A stretch of DNA of 63,909 nucleotides, filler included, from Conidiobolus incongruus B7586 (GCA_000697335.1; 8 parts of 8 records of this genome joined end to end with filler, not necessarily neighbours in it), one strand, 5' to 3'. Positions 50,946-63,909 are shown, counted from the whole stretch's first letter. Notes: generated by a model from the letters alone, not told the origin. A program made the numbers and translations.

Positions 50946-51280
50946 TTACACGAGCCAGGTGACCCCCTTCTACCCAAGTATTTTTACATCCACCTGATGT
51001 TTAAGTCATTTCCCCCTCACATACTATCTGCTCTCCATTTTTTAATTGACTGATGATGCAATTCACTGGAGAATCAAATAAAATCACCTTACCCAATTCA
51101 CTCTATATTAAACCCGGAATTAAAGCTATCATCAATTAGTTAATCTAGATTTAGGTCTTCCCAGTTATTTGATTTAAGCTAACAAATTACCATCTCCCTA
51201 ATACTTACCTGGAATTCTCCAGATCTCTCTCTCTATTATCTGAACTATTCTGGACACTTTTTTCCCAAGTCGGGTTAATA
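50946..51280. mobile_element. Possible degenerate solo LTR
   Basis: ~335-bp C-rich island with AATAAA and (CT)n; clean TG/CA ends and a TSD cannot be shown. Confidence 0.3.
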
Positions 51281-51905
51281 TATTAAATTATAATGATACA
51301 TATCCGGTTTATTTTTTTATTTGTATTTGTTTAAATTTATATTGATTTTATCGATTTATTTTTGCATATCTGCATCAATGCAAATAATGTTTAATATATG
51401 TAATATTTTAATTTAGCATATATAGCATTTTACTGATATGATATGTTATTCAATCACTAGAATTAATGTTTTTAACGTGTGTCAATTTCTATGTAGTAAT
51501 AGTTTTTTGTCTCTAATATTAATAATATAAAGTTTTGTCATGAGTCATCCTTGAGGATAATCAATAAAATCAATAATAATAATAACACATAGACAGAATA
51601 TTGGTAACTTTTAATATTTTTAAATTTATAAGTATACTATACAGTATATAAAATTACAATAGATCATACGTTTTTTAGTTCATTGAAAATTTTTGTAGTT
51701 AATATTCTGTTTCCATTACTTAAGATTAACCATTATTACCCGAATTATGCAATAATAATTATGATTAACTAAATTGAAAATTAATTTTGAGTAGAATACT
51801 GTAACTATATAAATAGACAGTTTTTTCTAACTCTTCATCAATATATTAATCAAATTAAAATATTCAAACAACTCTTAATTAAACTGAATTTAATCCACAA
51901 GGTCA

Positions 51906-53113
51906 ATGATTCCTCTTCAATTATATCAAGCTGATAACTTCCCCAAAGTAGTCGAAACTTTTAAATCTCATTTTGAGACTGGAATCGACGTAGGAGCTTC
52001 CGTAACTGCCATCACAAAGGTAAAGTCATCTTAGAAATCAGCGGAGGTTACTCGGACTTCGAGAATAAAGTTCCTTATACTAAAGATACCCTCCAGGCAG
52101 TTTGTTCATGTTCAAAAGCTGTCACCTGTTTAGTCATTGGCTATTTAGTCGATCAAGGATTGCTAGACTATAATGCACTCGTTACCAAATACTGGCCTGA
52201 ATTTGGCCAAAATGGAAAAGACAAGGTCACTCTCAAGGATGTCATGCGTCATCAAGCTGGTGTTCCTTGGTTTGAACCCGCTTTATCTCACGAAGAAATA
52301 ATTGATCGACAGAAATTGTGCAAAGCAATTGAGCTTCAGCGCCATGTATTTGATGGTAAGCCTAAAAGATGTTACCACGCAATCACGCGTGGATTAATAT
52401 TGAATGAAATCGTGTCTCGAGTAGATTCCAAGGGACGTTCCATTGGACAAATTTTGAAAGAAGAATTCTGCGATAAATATGATATCGAATTTTATTACGG
52501 AATTAGAGATCCAGAAGTGCTAAAAAAAAGAGCGATTTGGTATAACAATCCTTCATTAGTATGGAAATCCAATGAGACTCAATCTCCAATAAATGAAGCA
52601 GCGAATATAATGACTGGGTATTTAACAGAAATACCACTCGTTTTGAAAACTATGATTTTGCCATTATTCTTTGGTCCCAACGTTGCAGCTGCCAATTCTC
52701 CCGATTTTCACAGTATCGAGTTCCCTTCCTTGAATGGACACACTACGGCGACATCATTAGCTAAACTCTTGTCACTCATGATGAGTGATGAGTCACCAAT
52801 TTCTGCATCGAGTAGGAAGTTGATGTTGGATGATGCATTGGAGTTGAGGGATGAATCAACTGAGGCTAATATCATTCTCACTCAAGGTGGTTTAATCAAA
52901 TTTGTCCATCCTGAATTGAACTTGGAAGTGTATGGCGGAACTGGATACGGTGGCAGTCTTGTTGTTTTTGATCCCAAATCTCAGTTTGCATTTGCTTATG
53001 TTATGAATGGAAGTGAGAAGAATAGATCAGGTGATGGCAGAAGATATCAATTATTAAAATCATTTTATGAAGATTTTAGTCAACTATACAAATCTGAATG
53101 GCAAGACAAATAG
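51906..53113 (+). pseudogene. Beta-lactamase-fold (family VIII esterase-like) serine hydrolase with one frameshift
   Basis: ATG 51906 MIPLQLYQADNFPKVVETFKSHFETGIDVGASVTAI, one C missing at ~52013, then HKGKVILEISGG...SCSK (SxxK), joining the 52160 ORF (RHQAG, CYHA, GGTGYGGS). Confidence 0.85.
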
Positions 53114-53559
53114 TAGTTTTCTAATAATATTTTAATAAATCATTGTGACTATTCATATGATAATAGTATTTTGATTAATAACTCAATAAAAACCACTTAC
53201 ACACCGCAAACTAATTCTAAAAATATAATAATTCAAATTGAATAATAATTAATACAATAAAATTTAAAAATGATTTTATAATATTAATTGTATATATTTA
53301 TTATTTAACCTAAATATACATATCTTTAATTAACCAACAAAAATTTTTAATTAAATAAAATGAAAATAAGAAATGTCTAAATTTTTTCCATATATAAAAT
53401 TATTTCAATTTGATTCAGATCTTTATAAAAGATGGAAAAAATATAGATATTCAATTGTAATATTAATATATCAAAAATATACTTTATATATATATATATA
53501 TATATTATAAATAAAAATAATATTGCCAATATTCAATACAATAAATAAATAAATAAAAA

Positions 53560-54756
53560 CTATTTGTTCAATTGTTTAAACTCATTATAAAAAACTTTCA
53601 ATAAATCAAAACCTTTGCCATATCCAATTGGAGCAAAATGGTTGGCGTTGGTAACATAAGCGAAAGTGAATTCGGATTCGGGATGGATAATCACTAAACT
53701 GCCTCCAGCTCCGGTACCTCCATATACTTCTAAGTTGACTTCGGGATAGTCCAATTTAACGAGACCACCCTTTGTGAGTGTGGAAGTGATATTTACGGCT
53801 TCATCATTGAGTGTTAAGGGATCTTCAAGCATTAATTTTCTGGTTTTTTCAGAGATGACAGATTGGTTACTGATTACTTGGGACAAGATTTTGGCTAGTG
53901 CAGTGGCAGTAGTGTGGCCATTTCCGGATGGCATTTCAACAATATGAATATTAGGATGATTTGCGGGTGCTACACTCGAACCACGAAATAATGGCAAGTT
54001 CATAGATTTAGCAATTGAGGGAAATGCTTTATGCAATTCAGCGTAGGAGGGAGGTAAATCAGATGATAGATCTGTACTGTTATTAGGCTGCCAGACAGAT
54101 TTAGGATCTTGGTACCAAACAGCCTTTCTCTTCAATACTTCATCATCCCTAATACCATAGTAAAATTCAACACCTAACTTGTCAGTGAATTCTTCCTTCA
54201 AAATTTGGCCAATAGTTTTTTTCTTGGGATCGACTCTAGTTGCAATACCATTCAAAACAAAACCTTGTATAGCGGCATGGTAACAACGCCTGGGTTCTCC
54301 ACCAAAGGCGTGAGGCTGTTCAGCAAGTCTCTTGTACAATTTTTCAGGATTGACCAATTCGTCGTATTCTAAGGGTGGTTCTACCCAAGGAACACCAGCT
54401 TGATGACGCATGACATCCTTGATTAATACATTCTCCTTATTACCTTGGGTGAATTCTGGCCAGTATTTGCTGACTGGAGCATCATAATCCAACAATCCTT
54501 GATCTACCAAGTAAGCGATGACGACCAAAGTAATAGCTTTGGAGCTGGAGAACACAACTTGTAAAGTATCTTTGGTATAAGGTGTCTTTGTCTCGTAGTC
54601 GGCATACCCTCCACTAATCTCCAAAATTATCTTGTCTTTGTGGATCACGGTAACCGAGGCGCCAACATCAATGCCAGTTTCGAAATGCGATTTAAACCTT
54701 TCAACTACTTTAGGAAATTGATCAGCTTGATATAACTGATAAGGGATATCCGGCAT
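53560..54756 (-). CDS. Beta-lactamase-fold (class C / family VIII esterase-like) serine hydrolase, 398 aa
   Basis: FSSSK (SxxK), VMRHQAG, CYHA (catalytic Tyr), GGTGAGGS, FAYVTN; no signal peptide. Confidence 0.92.
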   Translation of the reverse strand: MPDIPYQLYQADQFPKVVERFKSHFETGIDVGASVTVIHKDKIILEISGGYADYETKTPYTKDTLQVVFSSSKAITLVVIAYLVDQGLLDYDAPVSKYWPEFTQGNKENVLIKDVMRHQAGVPWVEPPLEYDELVNPEKLYKRLAEQPHAFGGEPRRCYHAAIQGFVLNGIATRVDPKKKTIGQILKEEFTDKLGVEFYYGIRDDEVLKRKAVWYQDPKSVWQPNNSTDLSSDLPPSYAELHKAFPSIAKSMNLPLFRGSSVAPANHPNIHIVEMPSGNGHTTATALAKILSQVISNQSVISEKTRKLMLEDPLTLNDEAVNITSTLTKGGLVKLDYPEVNLEVYGGTGAGGSLVIIHPESEFTFAYVTNANHFAPIGYGKGFDLLKVFYNEFKQLNK

Positions 54757-57169
54757 ATTTAAAATCTGATTAAACGTAATAAACCTTGAATAATTTATAA
54801 TAGCTATATTGACTCAACAGATCTATTTATATCAAGTTGAGTATTTGTTATTATATATTAAATAGTAATTTTCATATCAAATACTAGACAAATTTTTGGG
54901 TTTATTTTATGAGATAATAAATTTAATAAAAATAATTTCTAATAATAATAATAATAATTATATCATTGGGATTTAATAGTTCTATTAAAAATTGTTACTT
55001 GTTTATATTTTTAATATTAAAAAACAAATTAACTAAAAAAAAATTTTTTTTCTTATTCTAAAATTGTCAAATTTATAAATAATAATTAAAATAAAAATTT
55101 ATTTAGTCACATTATTCAAATCATTTTTAATATTAGTGTCATTAATAAAATAATTTGATTATTTCTTATAAATTAAAATATTTGATTTGATAAAATTTAC
55201 AATTTTATTATTTTTAATATTCCCTTAATTGAACAAATTTTAAACTATTTTAGTTAATATTAACTAATTTAGAATTTTATGATTAAATTAAAAAATGTGA
55301 GCAATTAAATGCTGTAATATTTGGAAATTGATCGAATCCTCAATTTAATTCATTTGAAATATATTAGGTTGATTTAGGGTAAATTCTTGGATTGTAACAG
55401 TCCCGAGTGTTTAGCATCCAAATCCATTGATAATTTCGAATTATATCATAAAGTTAAATATTTATTATATTCCTTTTTTGGAATTCAAGTAAATATTATA
55501 TATTTCATAAATTATTAATATTGACGATAGTTATTTATAATAAATAGAACTTTAACTTCTGAGGTATATCCTGTCAAATTAACAATATATTTTTCAATAG
55601 TTTGACTATATCATTTCAATACAATTTATCAATAACTTTTATTAAGTATTTTCATTAAGAATGTTGCTATTTCAAGACTATTTCATATCAATTAAGGATA
55701 TATATATATATATTGATTTATAATGATTATTCAAAATGTTCCTAATTAATTATTTGCATCAATCAATGAGCATTTATAATTTTATGCCCATTTATCCTGA
55801 ATTGTTTATTTTTTCAATTAACTAAATCCAGGCTAAACCATAATTCCGATAATATACTTTAACCGATATGGATTTTTATATATTGATCTAAATCATTGTA
55901 TTATGAAATTTTTGGAATAATTCATACCAATGTTGTATTCATATTCTTTTCATCATTATATCAATTAATATATATTGTGTCAAGCAATTGATTTCTATTA
56001 TTTGTGTTTATATTGATGACAAGATTGTATAAAGTTATAAATGAAACATCATTGTCTATATGACAAGTTTTTTTTACATATAGACAATAACTTATTAGAT
56101 TGCAATTATTAAAAGCTTAATATTTAGTAGAATGTTTTTTAACAATATAATGTTGTATAGATATATTAAATTTAACACTGATGTTTAAGTCAATAAAACT
56201 GATAAATTATCTATAATTAAATAGTATGAATAATATCTGATCATATTTCATAATAATACATTTTAAATCAGAATTAGAGTAGTTAAGATTTCTAATGATA
56301 GAATTATTCAATAGCATTATTTTTTATATTGATCTCTAATTTTTTATTATGAATTTACTATATGTATGATTATTGATATATATATATCATTAGAACTCTT
56401 CACTGAAAGTGATATAAACTATATAACAATTTTAAATAATAGACAATATTTCAAAAAGTTTTTGATATTTAATTGAAAGTATAAATATATTATACCTTGG
56501 TAAATAATAAATTTTAAAATATTTGTCTAGCTTGATTATATTCAGAAAATTTAAATAATTAATAATATAGGAACTGATAATAGTTTGATTATAGAGAATA
56601 TATTAAATTACTTAATTTTTCAATTAAATTTTATTAAGTGAAATAGAATTTAATTTATATTCAATCAAAATTATTGTGCTTACTTCTGATTTCAAATTTC
56701 TTAATTAAAATACTCGATTTATAAATAAATATTATTGCAAAGATTTTTGATTACTCTTTAAAATCAAATTCACTTTTTAATTACAATATTGAAAAATGAT
56801 TTGAAATAAGAAAAAATTACCTTTACTCAATACTACATCAATCATCAATTTCTTGTAAATTGATACAACTGACATTTTTAAATATTGAAGAATTATTTAT
56901 ACAGTGGTTATTAATCAATATTTATAATAATAGCAATAATAAGGTTTAAATATTGAATTTTAAAATTTAATTAATTATTGTAAAATATAAAAACTTTAAT
57001 ATAAAATTAAAGTAATTTTATATCAATTGAAAAGCTGAATACATTTAAATTAGAAAAATATAGAATTAATTACTAATAAATTATATATTTATTGTTAGCT
57101 GCATATTCATTCAAATACTGTAAAATAAGCTTAAATGAAATCTTGTAATAATTGTGAATTTGTTATGGT

Positions 57170-57808
57170 TTACAAAATGACAAAGTAATCATCAGGATAT
57201 CCTGTACCATAATAAAATTGAACTCCATACTTATCACTTATTTCTTCCTTTAAAAATTGACCAATGGATCTCTTTTTTGGATCCACTTTAGTCACAATTC
57301 CATCCAAAATCATACCTTGCATATGAGGGGGATAAAAAGAGTTTGAGGTCCCATCTATTTTATCGATATTTTCTCCTAATTTTCTGTGCAATTTCTCTTG
57401 ATTGACCACTTTTTCATATTCCAAGAAGGGTTCCACCATAAGAGCATTAGTTTTATCATATGCTGTATCCTTCACTGAGATCTTTGCCTTACCGTCAAGA
57501 GTTGATTCTTGCCAGTTTTTGCGAATAGGAGAACCATAATCTAATAACTCTTGATCCACCAAATATACAATGACGACTAAAGAAACTGCTTTTGAACTTG
57601 AGAACACAGCTTGAAGCGTATCTTTGGAGGATGATTTTTTATCTTTGTAATCCGAATATCCTCCATTAATCTCCAAAATCACTTTGTCCTTGTGGATTAC
57701 CGTAACCGATGCTCCAGTGTCAATTCCAGTTTCATATCTTGATTTAAATGGTTGAGCTGGCTTGAAGAATTGGTCAGTTTGATACAGATGACATGAGATA
57801 TTTGACAT
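57170..57808 (-). pseudogene. Truncated paralog of 53560-54756 (212 codons, N-terminal half only)
   Basis: Keeps ETGIDTGASVTVIHKDK and FSSSK, has lost RHQAG, and stops shortly after FYYG. No C-terminal homology seen downstream. Confidence 0.7.
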
Positions 57809-59174
57809 ATTTGAAATTCAAGTAAATATAGTAATAGTTAGTAAATTTTAATATGACTATATCGTCTAGAGTCATATATTTATACCAAATTGAAAATATG
57901 TTATTATATTTAAACTTGAATTTAAAGTCTCAATCTGTTTAATTTATTTTCAGTACTTGAATTAAATTACATAAACTTCTTGGTAAAACCCAAGTCATCC
58001 CAAAATAGATACCTAATTAAGTCGGTATTATTTAAATGTTTAATAATTAAAAAAATCATCTTACCACAAGGTTTGTCTCGAACATCAATTACTTATTTGG
58101 AAATATATTAAATAACAAGTATGATATAATATATTAGAATGCTATAGGATTGTAACACTGTTTTCTAATATAAATCTCTTAATAAAAATATTCATCTCCG
58201 ATAATCGTTATGCATATTAAAATCTTAGTCAAATTTATGCATCCTGTTAACATTCTAACAATATAAAAGATTACCTTAACTATCAAATTATTTACATTAA
58301 TTAATTCAGTATTAATTAAAAAGGAATTTTAAAATTTAATAAAAATTTTTATTAAGTAATTGAATAATTGATAAAAAACCAAAACAAAATTAAATTTAAC
58401 TTATATATATATTTTATTTTTAAAATTACGGGAAATATTTTAATAATTTAATAATTCCGAATTAATTTAATTAAAAAATTGATATTCTTAGTTTCATATT
58501 TATTATTAATATACTTTATAAAATAGAATTATTATTTATGTGTGGCTCATATTTAACCGAATACTAAGTGTTTAGTTAAATTGGGTTAATTTAACAATAT
58601 TTACTTTTACAGTTCGATTATGTTATTTATAATGGAAGTATTTAAAGCCGACATAAAATAATCTGAACTAGTAATATTCTTATTAACCATTTGTTAATTT
58701 AATAAAATAATTGTAGTTTTATAAATACTTTGTGATATTTTAATTTGTTCATTATAATTATTAATGTATTTATCCTTGTTTTCTGTTTATTTGTCAAAAT
58801 TGATTGATTTTTGATATTAAATTAAGATTTATAATTAGTTGGTTGATAGTAAGTTATTTCAATAGTTGATTCACTGAATGTTATAACCTATCAAATACTA
58901 TTGTCTCAACTCTTCAATCAAGATCAGCGCTTAATTTTGAAATAGAATAATTAATTAAATCTAGGGTAAATTTATTAATATAATAACTTCTATCAAGTTA
59001 TTTAATTAATATAAAAATTATTTTTTTATCCAAATTCTTAGATAATAGGTACACCAATATTAGTTATTTTTTTAATAATGATACAATAATTTATGAAAGC
59101 TAAAATAATGATTTTGAATATTTAATTACTATTAAAAATATTATAGTTTTTAATTATAGTTCAAAAAGAATTAG

Positions 59175-59274
59175 NNNNNNNNNNNNNNNNNNNNNNNNNN
59201 NNNNNNNNNNNNNNNNNNTTAATTAATTAANNNNNNNNNNNNNNNNNNNNNNNNNNNNNNNNNNNNNNNNNNNN
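59175..59274. other. Assembly gap with six-frame stop linker
   Basis: 44 N + TTAATTAATTAA + 44 N. Confidence 0.98.
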
Positions 59275-60761
59275 TTAAATCAATTTATATTAAACTATAA
59301 AATAAATATATATTTTTTATTTATAATATAATAAATTAAGTTAAATTTAATTAATTATTAATTGATATATTAAGACTAAAGATATATCTAAGATAAGTTA
59401 TAAATTTGTGGGTTTTAATATTAATAGAATTATAAAATCTACTATATCTACCTTTTGTTTTTTTAACTTTTTTAAGCTTAAAAGGTATAGAATTAATTAG
59501 ATTTTTATATTAAGTAAAACTAATATTATTCCAAGCTTTTTAAATATACTCTTAAAGTTAACTTAAATTTATTATTGGGGGAAAGTTTTAATTGATTTTT
59601 TTAGTTAATTTTAAAGATAATTAATTAAGATTAAAAGATTAAAGAGGTTATTTTGTAGTAACTATTTTGTTATTTTTAAGCTATTTAATAATAAAATTTA
59701 TAGTATAACAAAAGGTATTATTCTGTTAGAAAATAATTTTTGATTTATTTAACTTATACTACTCAATGGATTTTTTAAATTTATTGTTTTAAAATACTTT
59801 AATATATTTTAATATTAATTCCTCAATAAACTTTATAAAAATATTTTATATTTAAAAATAATATATATCTTTAAGCTATAATTAACCTATTATTATATTT
59901 TTAGGTTATAATAACATAATGGTTATAAAGTAATTTTTTATTTTGTTTTGAAATATCTAATTCTTTTGTTAAATTTATTAAAACATATCCTTACTTTATT
60001 AAACTAAATAATTTTACTTTAGTTAATTTTAATTTAACTTTAAAATTAATATTTAAACTCTTGTTTAACTTTATAATAGGATTTTTTTAATTTAGGGTGT
60101 TTATTTTTAAAGTATAAGTGATATTTATTTTAAAATAAAATATATATAATAGTATTAATATTAATTAATATCCTTATATAGTCTTATAATTCTTGTTGTA
60201 TTTTTATAATAATAATATACTTACTTATACTAACTAATTTATAAATATACTTTTTATTATGTTTATTTATAATCTTAACACAATTAAGTTTTTATTTAAG
60301 TGTTTTTTAATATTATTTATAATAACCCTAGTTATAATAGATTAACTAACAATAGTAATTCTAGCAATCTTATAAGTTGATTTGTTTTAATTATAAAATA
60401 AATTAATATGTAAGTGAACTTTTTTAAAAAGAGATTTAAGTATTATAATATTAATTTTATAATATTAGCTTAATAGTTTTATAATATAGATAATATAACA
60501 AAAGAAAAAAAAGATATAAGTTTTGTTTTTTATACTCTTTTAACTTATAAACCCATAAATTTATAACTCACCTTGGTTAAATTTTAAGTTTTGATATATT
60601 AACTAATAGCTAATGAAATATAATCAAGTATAGTTATTTATAATCAAATAATATAGGTAAATTATATATTTTAATTTGAATTTATTTAATTAAGCATTAT
60701 TTAAGATATAGGTAAATATATAAGTAATTTTGATTTTATAACTTATTTTTATAAGCTAGTA
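59275..60761 (-). mobile_element. Hypermutated Tc1, copy D (nearly full length, left tip in the gap)
   Basis: Colinear with copy B; right TIR TGATTTTATAACTTATTTTTATAAGCTAGTA followed by TA. Catalytic region F*QNNTFCYT...K*PL*SFNLN. Confidence 0.9.
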
Positions 60762-60821
60762 TATAATAAAAAATTATTATTAATTAAAAAAACTATTCAA
60801 CTTAAATTATAAAAATATTTT

Positions 60822-60921
60822 NNNNNNNNNNNNNNNNNNNNNNNNNNNNNNNNNNNNNNNNNNNNTTAATTAATTAANNNNNNNNNNNNNNNNNNNNNNN
60901 NNNNNNNNNNNNNNNNNNNNN
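60822..60921. other. Assembly gap with six-frame stop linker
   Basis: 44 N + TTAATTAATTAA + 44 N. Confidence 0.98.
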
Positions 60922-62242
60922 ATTATATAATGATATTTAGCTATTAATTGGTTAAAATATAAATACTTAAATTTTACCTAAGATAAATCATAAATTTGTA
61001 GGTTTTTGATGATAAAAAAAAATTAAAACTTAGTATATCTACCTTTAGCTTTTCTAACTTTTTTAAGTTTGTGGGGTATAAAATCAATTAACTTTTTACA
61101 TTAAGAAAAATTAATCTTGTTTTATACTTCTTGAATATATTCTTAAGGTTGATTTAAATTTTTTGTTAGGGGGAAAACTTTAATAGCTTTTTTTAACTAA
61201 TCTTAAAGGTGTTTAATTAAGTTAAGGTTAAAAAATTAAAAAAACTACTTTATAACTATTATCTTGTTATTTTTAAGCTATTTGGTAGTAGAAGTTATAG
61301 TATAACAAAAGGTATTATCTTACTAGAAAATAACATCAGATTTGTTTAACTTATATTATTTAATAGTTTTTTTCAATTTATTATTTAGAATACTTTAATA
61401 TATTTTAACATTAATTCCCCTATTAATTTTACAAAGATACCTTACACCTAAAAACAATATATATCCCTAAACAATAATTAACCTACTATTGTACTTTTAG
61501 GTAAAATTAACATAATAGTTACAAAGTAGTTCTGTATTTTTTTTAAAATATCTAGCTTTTCTATTAAATCCATTAAGATATATTTTTGTTTCATTAGATT
61601 AAATAACTTTACTCTAATTAGTTTCAATTTAATATTAATAATGACATTTAAACTCCCACCTAATTTTATAATGGGATTTCTTTAGTTAAAGGTGTTTTTT
61701 CTTAAAGTGTAAGTGGTATCTATGTTAATATAAAGTACATATAATAATATTAATGTTAACCAATATCTTTATATAGTTTTATAATTCCTGTTGTATTTCT
61801 ATAGTAGTACTACACTTACTTATATTAACTAACCTACAAATATACTTTTTATTATATTTATCTATAATCTTAACATACTTAAGTTTAAGTTTAAATATAT
61901 TTTTATTGTTATTCTTAATAACTTTAGCTATAGTAGACTAACTAACATTAGTAATTCTAATAATATTATAAGTTGATTTACCTTTTTTATAAAGTTAATT
62001 AATGTATAAGTAGATTTTTTTAGAGAGGGTTTTAGGTATAATAATGCTAATAAAAAAATTTAATATATTTGTAAAATATTATATAAAATAATAACAAAGA
62101 GAGAAAAAAGATATGGTTATATATTATTAAATATATCCCCTTATCTCAAAAATTAGCAAATTTATAACTTATCTTAGTTAAATATTAAGGGTTAATATTT
62201 TTGCTAATAGTTTATTAAATATATCTAAATATATTTATTTAT
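60922..62242 (-). mobile_element. Hypermutated Tc1, copy E (gap on both sides; same subfamily as copy A)
   Basis: Whole transposase relic from IPKTLSKK to KAKGRYTKF*; motif K*FF*FFNLNLIKHL*D*LKK. Confidence 0.9.
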
Positions 62243-62342
62243 NNNNNNNNNNNNNNNNNNNNNNNNNNNNNNNNNNNNNNNNNNNNTTAATTAATTAANN
62301 NNNNNNNNNNNNNNNNNNNNNNNNNNNNNNNNNNNNNNNNNN
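62243..62342. other. Assembly gap with six-frame stop linker
   Basis: 44 N + TTAATTAATTAA + 44 N. Confidence 0.98.
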
Positions 62343-62756
62343 TTTATAAAAAAATATTTTGATAATTTTAATTCATTATTATTTAATATTTTGAAAATTA
62401 AAATTTAATTAAAATAAGTTATAGATTTATAATTTTTGATTATAATAACAAAATATATATTTAGTATATTAATCTTTTATTTTTTTAATTATTTTGAATT
62501 AATAGGATATAAATCCATTTTTTATACTAAATAAAGTTAATATTATTAAATAATATTTTAATATAATCCCATAATTAATTTAAATATTTTAATAAAAAAA
62601 TATTTTAATTTTTTTAAACTGATCCTAAAAATATTAAATTAGGTTAAAAATAAAAAATTAAAGAAATTAATTTATAATATTTTTTTTTAGATTTTCAAAA
62701 TTTAATAATATAAATCAAAATATAATAATAGATATTATTGTATTGGAAAATAATGT

Positions 62757-63712
62757 TTATTTTGCAATTATTATGCAAAATAATAAGTCTTCTAAAATTA
62801 TATTAAAAATATTAACTAGAAATAGTTTTATATAAAAAGAAATATAAAATTTACTATTAATTGATTTTCTTTTAAGAGCTAAATAAAAATAGCATATGAT
62901 ATTATAATTTATTATAATAATTAATATTTACTTTTCAATAAAATGTTTATTTAAAAGAATTTATAGAAGGGGTTGATTTAGCTTTATCAACACCTTGATT
63001 TATATTTTGGTAAACAATTATACAAAAGAATCCAAGATTTATCAATTGCAATAATTCACTGTAAAAGCCTTGGTTTTTGGCTATACCTTAGTAAGTTTTG
63101 TTTAGCAATAGCTACTTTAGCTTTTTTTTTAAGCTTTAGTTAAATTATAAAATATTTTTTTTATTTTTATTAATTAATTTTAATTGAAACTTTAATATAT
63201 ATAAAATACTTATGTAACTAATATTAAAATGTCTTGATAATTCTCTAGTTAAAAAGAAGATACTTTTTAATAAAATTTTTCATTATATTAATAATTAAAA
63301 GAATGACAATTAAAATTAGTCTTTTAGATTTTGGTAAGTTTTAGGTAGTTTTTCTCTTAACCTTAAAATAATTTACCCAGTAATAAATTATTGATTTAGA
63401 TAATACTTTATTATCAAAGGCTGCTTGTAAATTTTGAATGATTTTAGAGGGCTTGTGGTTAAGTTATATTAATACTAAAATAAAAGACTTTTGATAGTCA
63501 TTAATTAGTTTAAGCATAATTAAATTAAATAACTAATTTTAAAAAATAAATTTTTTAATCAAAAAAATTATTATATATATATGTATATAAATATATATAT
63601 AATTCAAAACTATTTATTTTCCTATTTGTTTTGTATATATTTTTTTATTTGAAACTAATAATATATTTGAAAAATCAAAAATTAAAAAATTTCCCATTTT
63701 TTCACTTTTATT
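62757..63712 (-). mobile_element. Hypermutated mariner, copy 3 (3'-truncated)
   Basis: ATG at 63517: MLKLINDYQKSFILVLI*LNHKPSKIIQNLQAAFDNKVLSKSIIYYWVNYFK. Also IIAIDKSWI and LHNNCK, and the shared AATGGGAAATTTTTTAATT end. Confidence 0.85.
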
Positions 63713-63909
63713 TCAAAATATATAACTATATTATAATTAACTTATTATTATATTTTTTGGTTAGATTAAGATGATATCTAAAGAATTTACTTAATTTTTT
63801 CTGAAATATTTAGTTTTTTCTATTAAATTTAAGAAAATAAATTCTTATTTTATTAAATTAAATTATCTTATTTTAATTATTTTAAATTTAACTTTAATAA
63901 TGATATTGA

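Noticed and set aside
52019..52033. GT...AG micro-intron rescuing the hydrolase frameshift
   Set aside because: Only ~15 nt, a multiple of three so the frame is not restored, and it would delete residues conserved in the paralog.
9918..62342. TTAATTAATTAA recurring seven times inside N runs
   Set aside because: Always 44 N + 12 nt + 44 N, with stops in all six frames: an artificial contig linker. True gap sizes and adjacency across gaps are uncertain.
1..63909. CRISPR arrays, rRNA, tRNA or prokaryotic operons
   Set aside because: No repeat-spacer periodicity, cloverleaf or rRNA-like sequence was seen; the organisation is eukaryotic.

Overview
Very AT-rich eukaryotic, almost certainly fungal, scaffold. 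The intronless tandem gene families and class-A-like GPCRs suggest an early-diverging fungus such as Conidiobolus/Entomophthoromycotina; this is inference only. Seven 100-nt gaps carry an artificial TTAATTAATTAA linker. Genes occur in small paralog arrays: two rhodopsin-like 7TM receptors, four secreted class-3 lipases (one cut by a gap), four copies of a ~95-aa secreted Leu/Asp-alternating protein in two head-to-head pairs (two intact, two pseudogenes), one CAD/ADH6-like zinc alcohol dehydrogenase, and three beta-lactamase-fold serine hydrolases (intact, frameshifted, truncated). Between them are solo LTRs of at least four families, several with clear target-site duplications, and two unidentified decayed coding islands. 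The ORF track misses five Tc1 (DD34E) and three mariner (DD34D) transposon copies. In these copies the conserved motifs are destroyed almost entirely by C>T/G>A transitions, with different sites hit in different copies, while neighbouring gene paralogs and GC-rich LTR pairs are spared. This RIP-like, transposon-selective hypermutation in what appears to be a non-Dikarya fungus is the main result.
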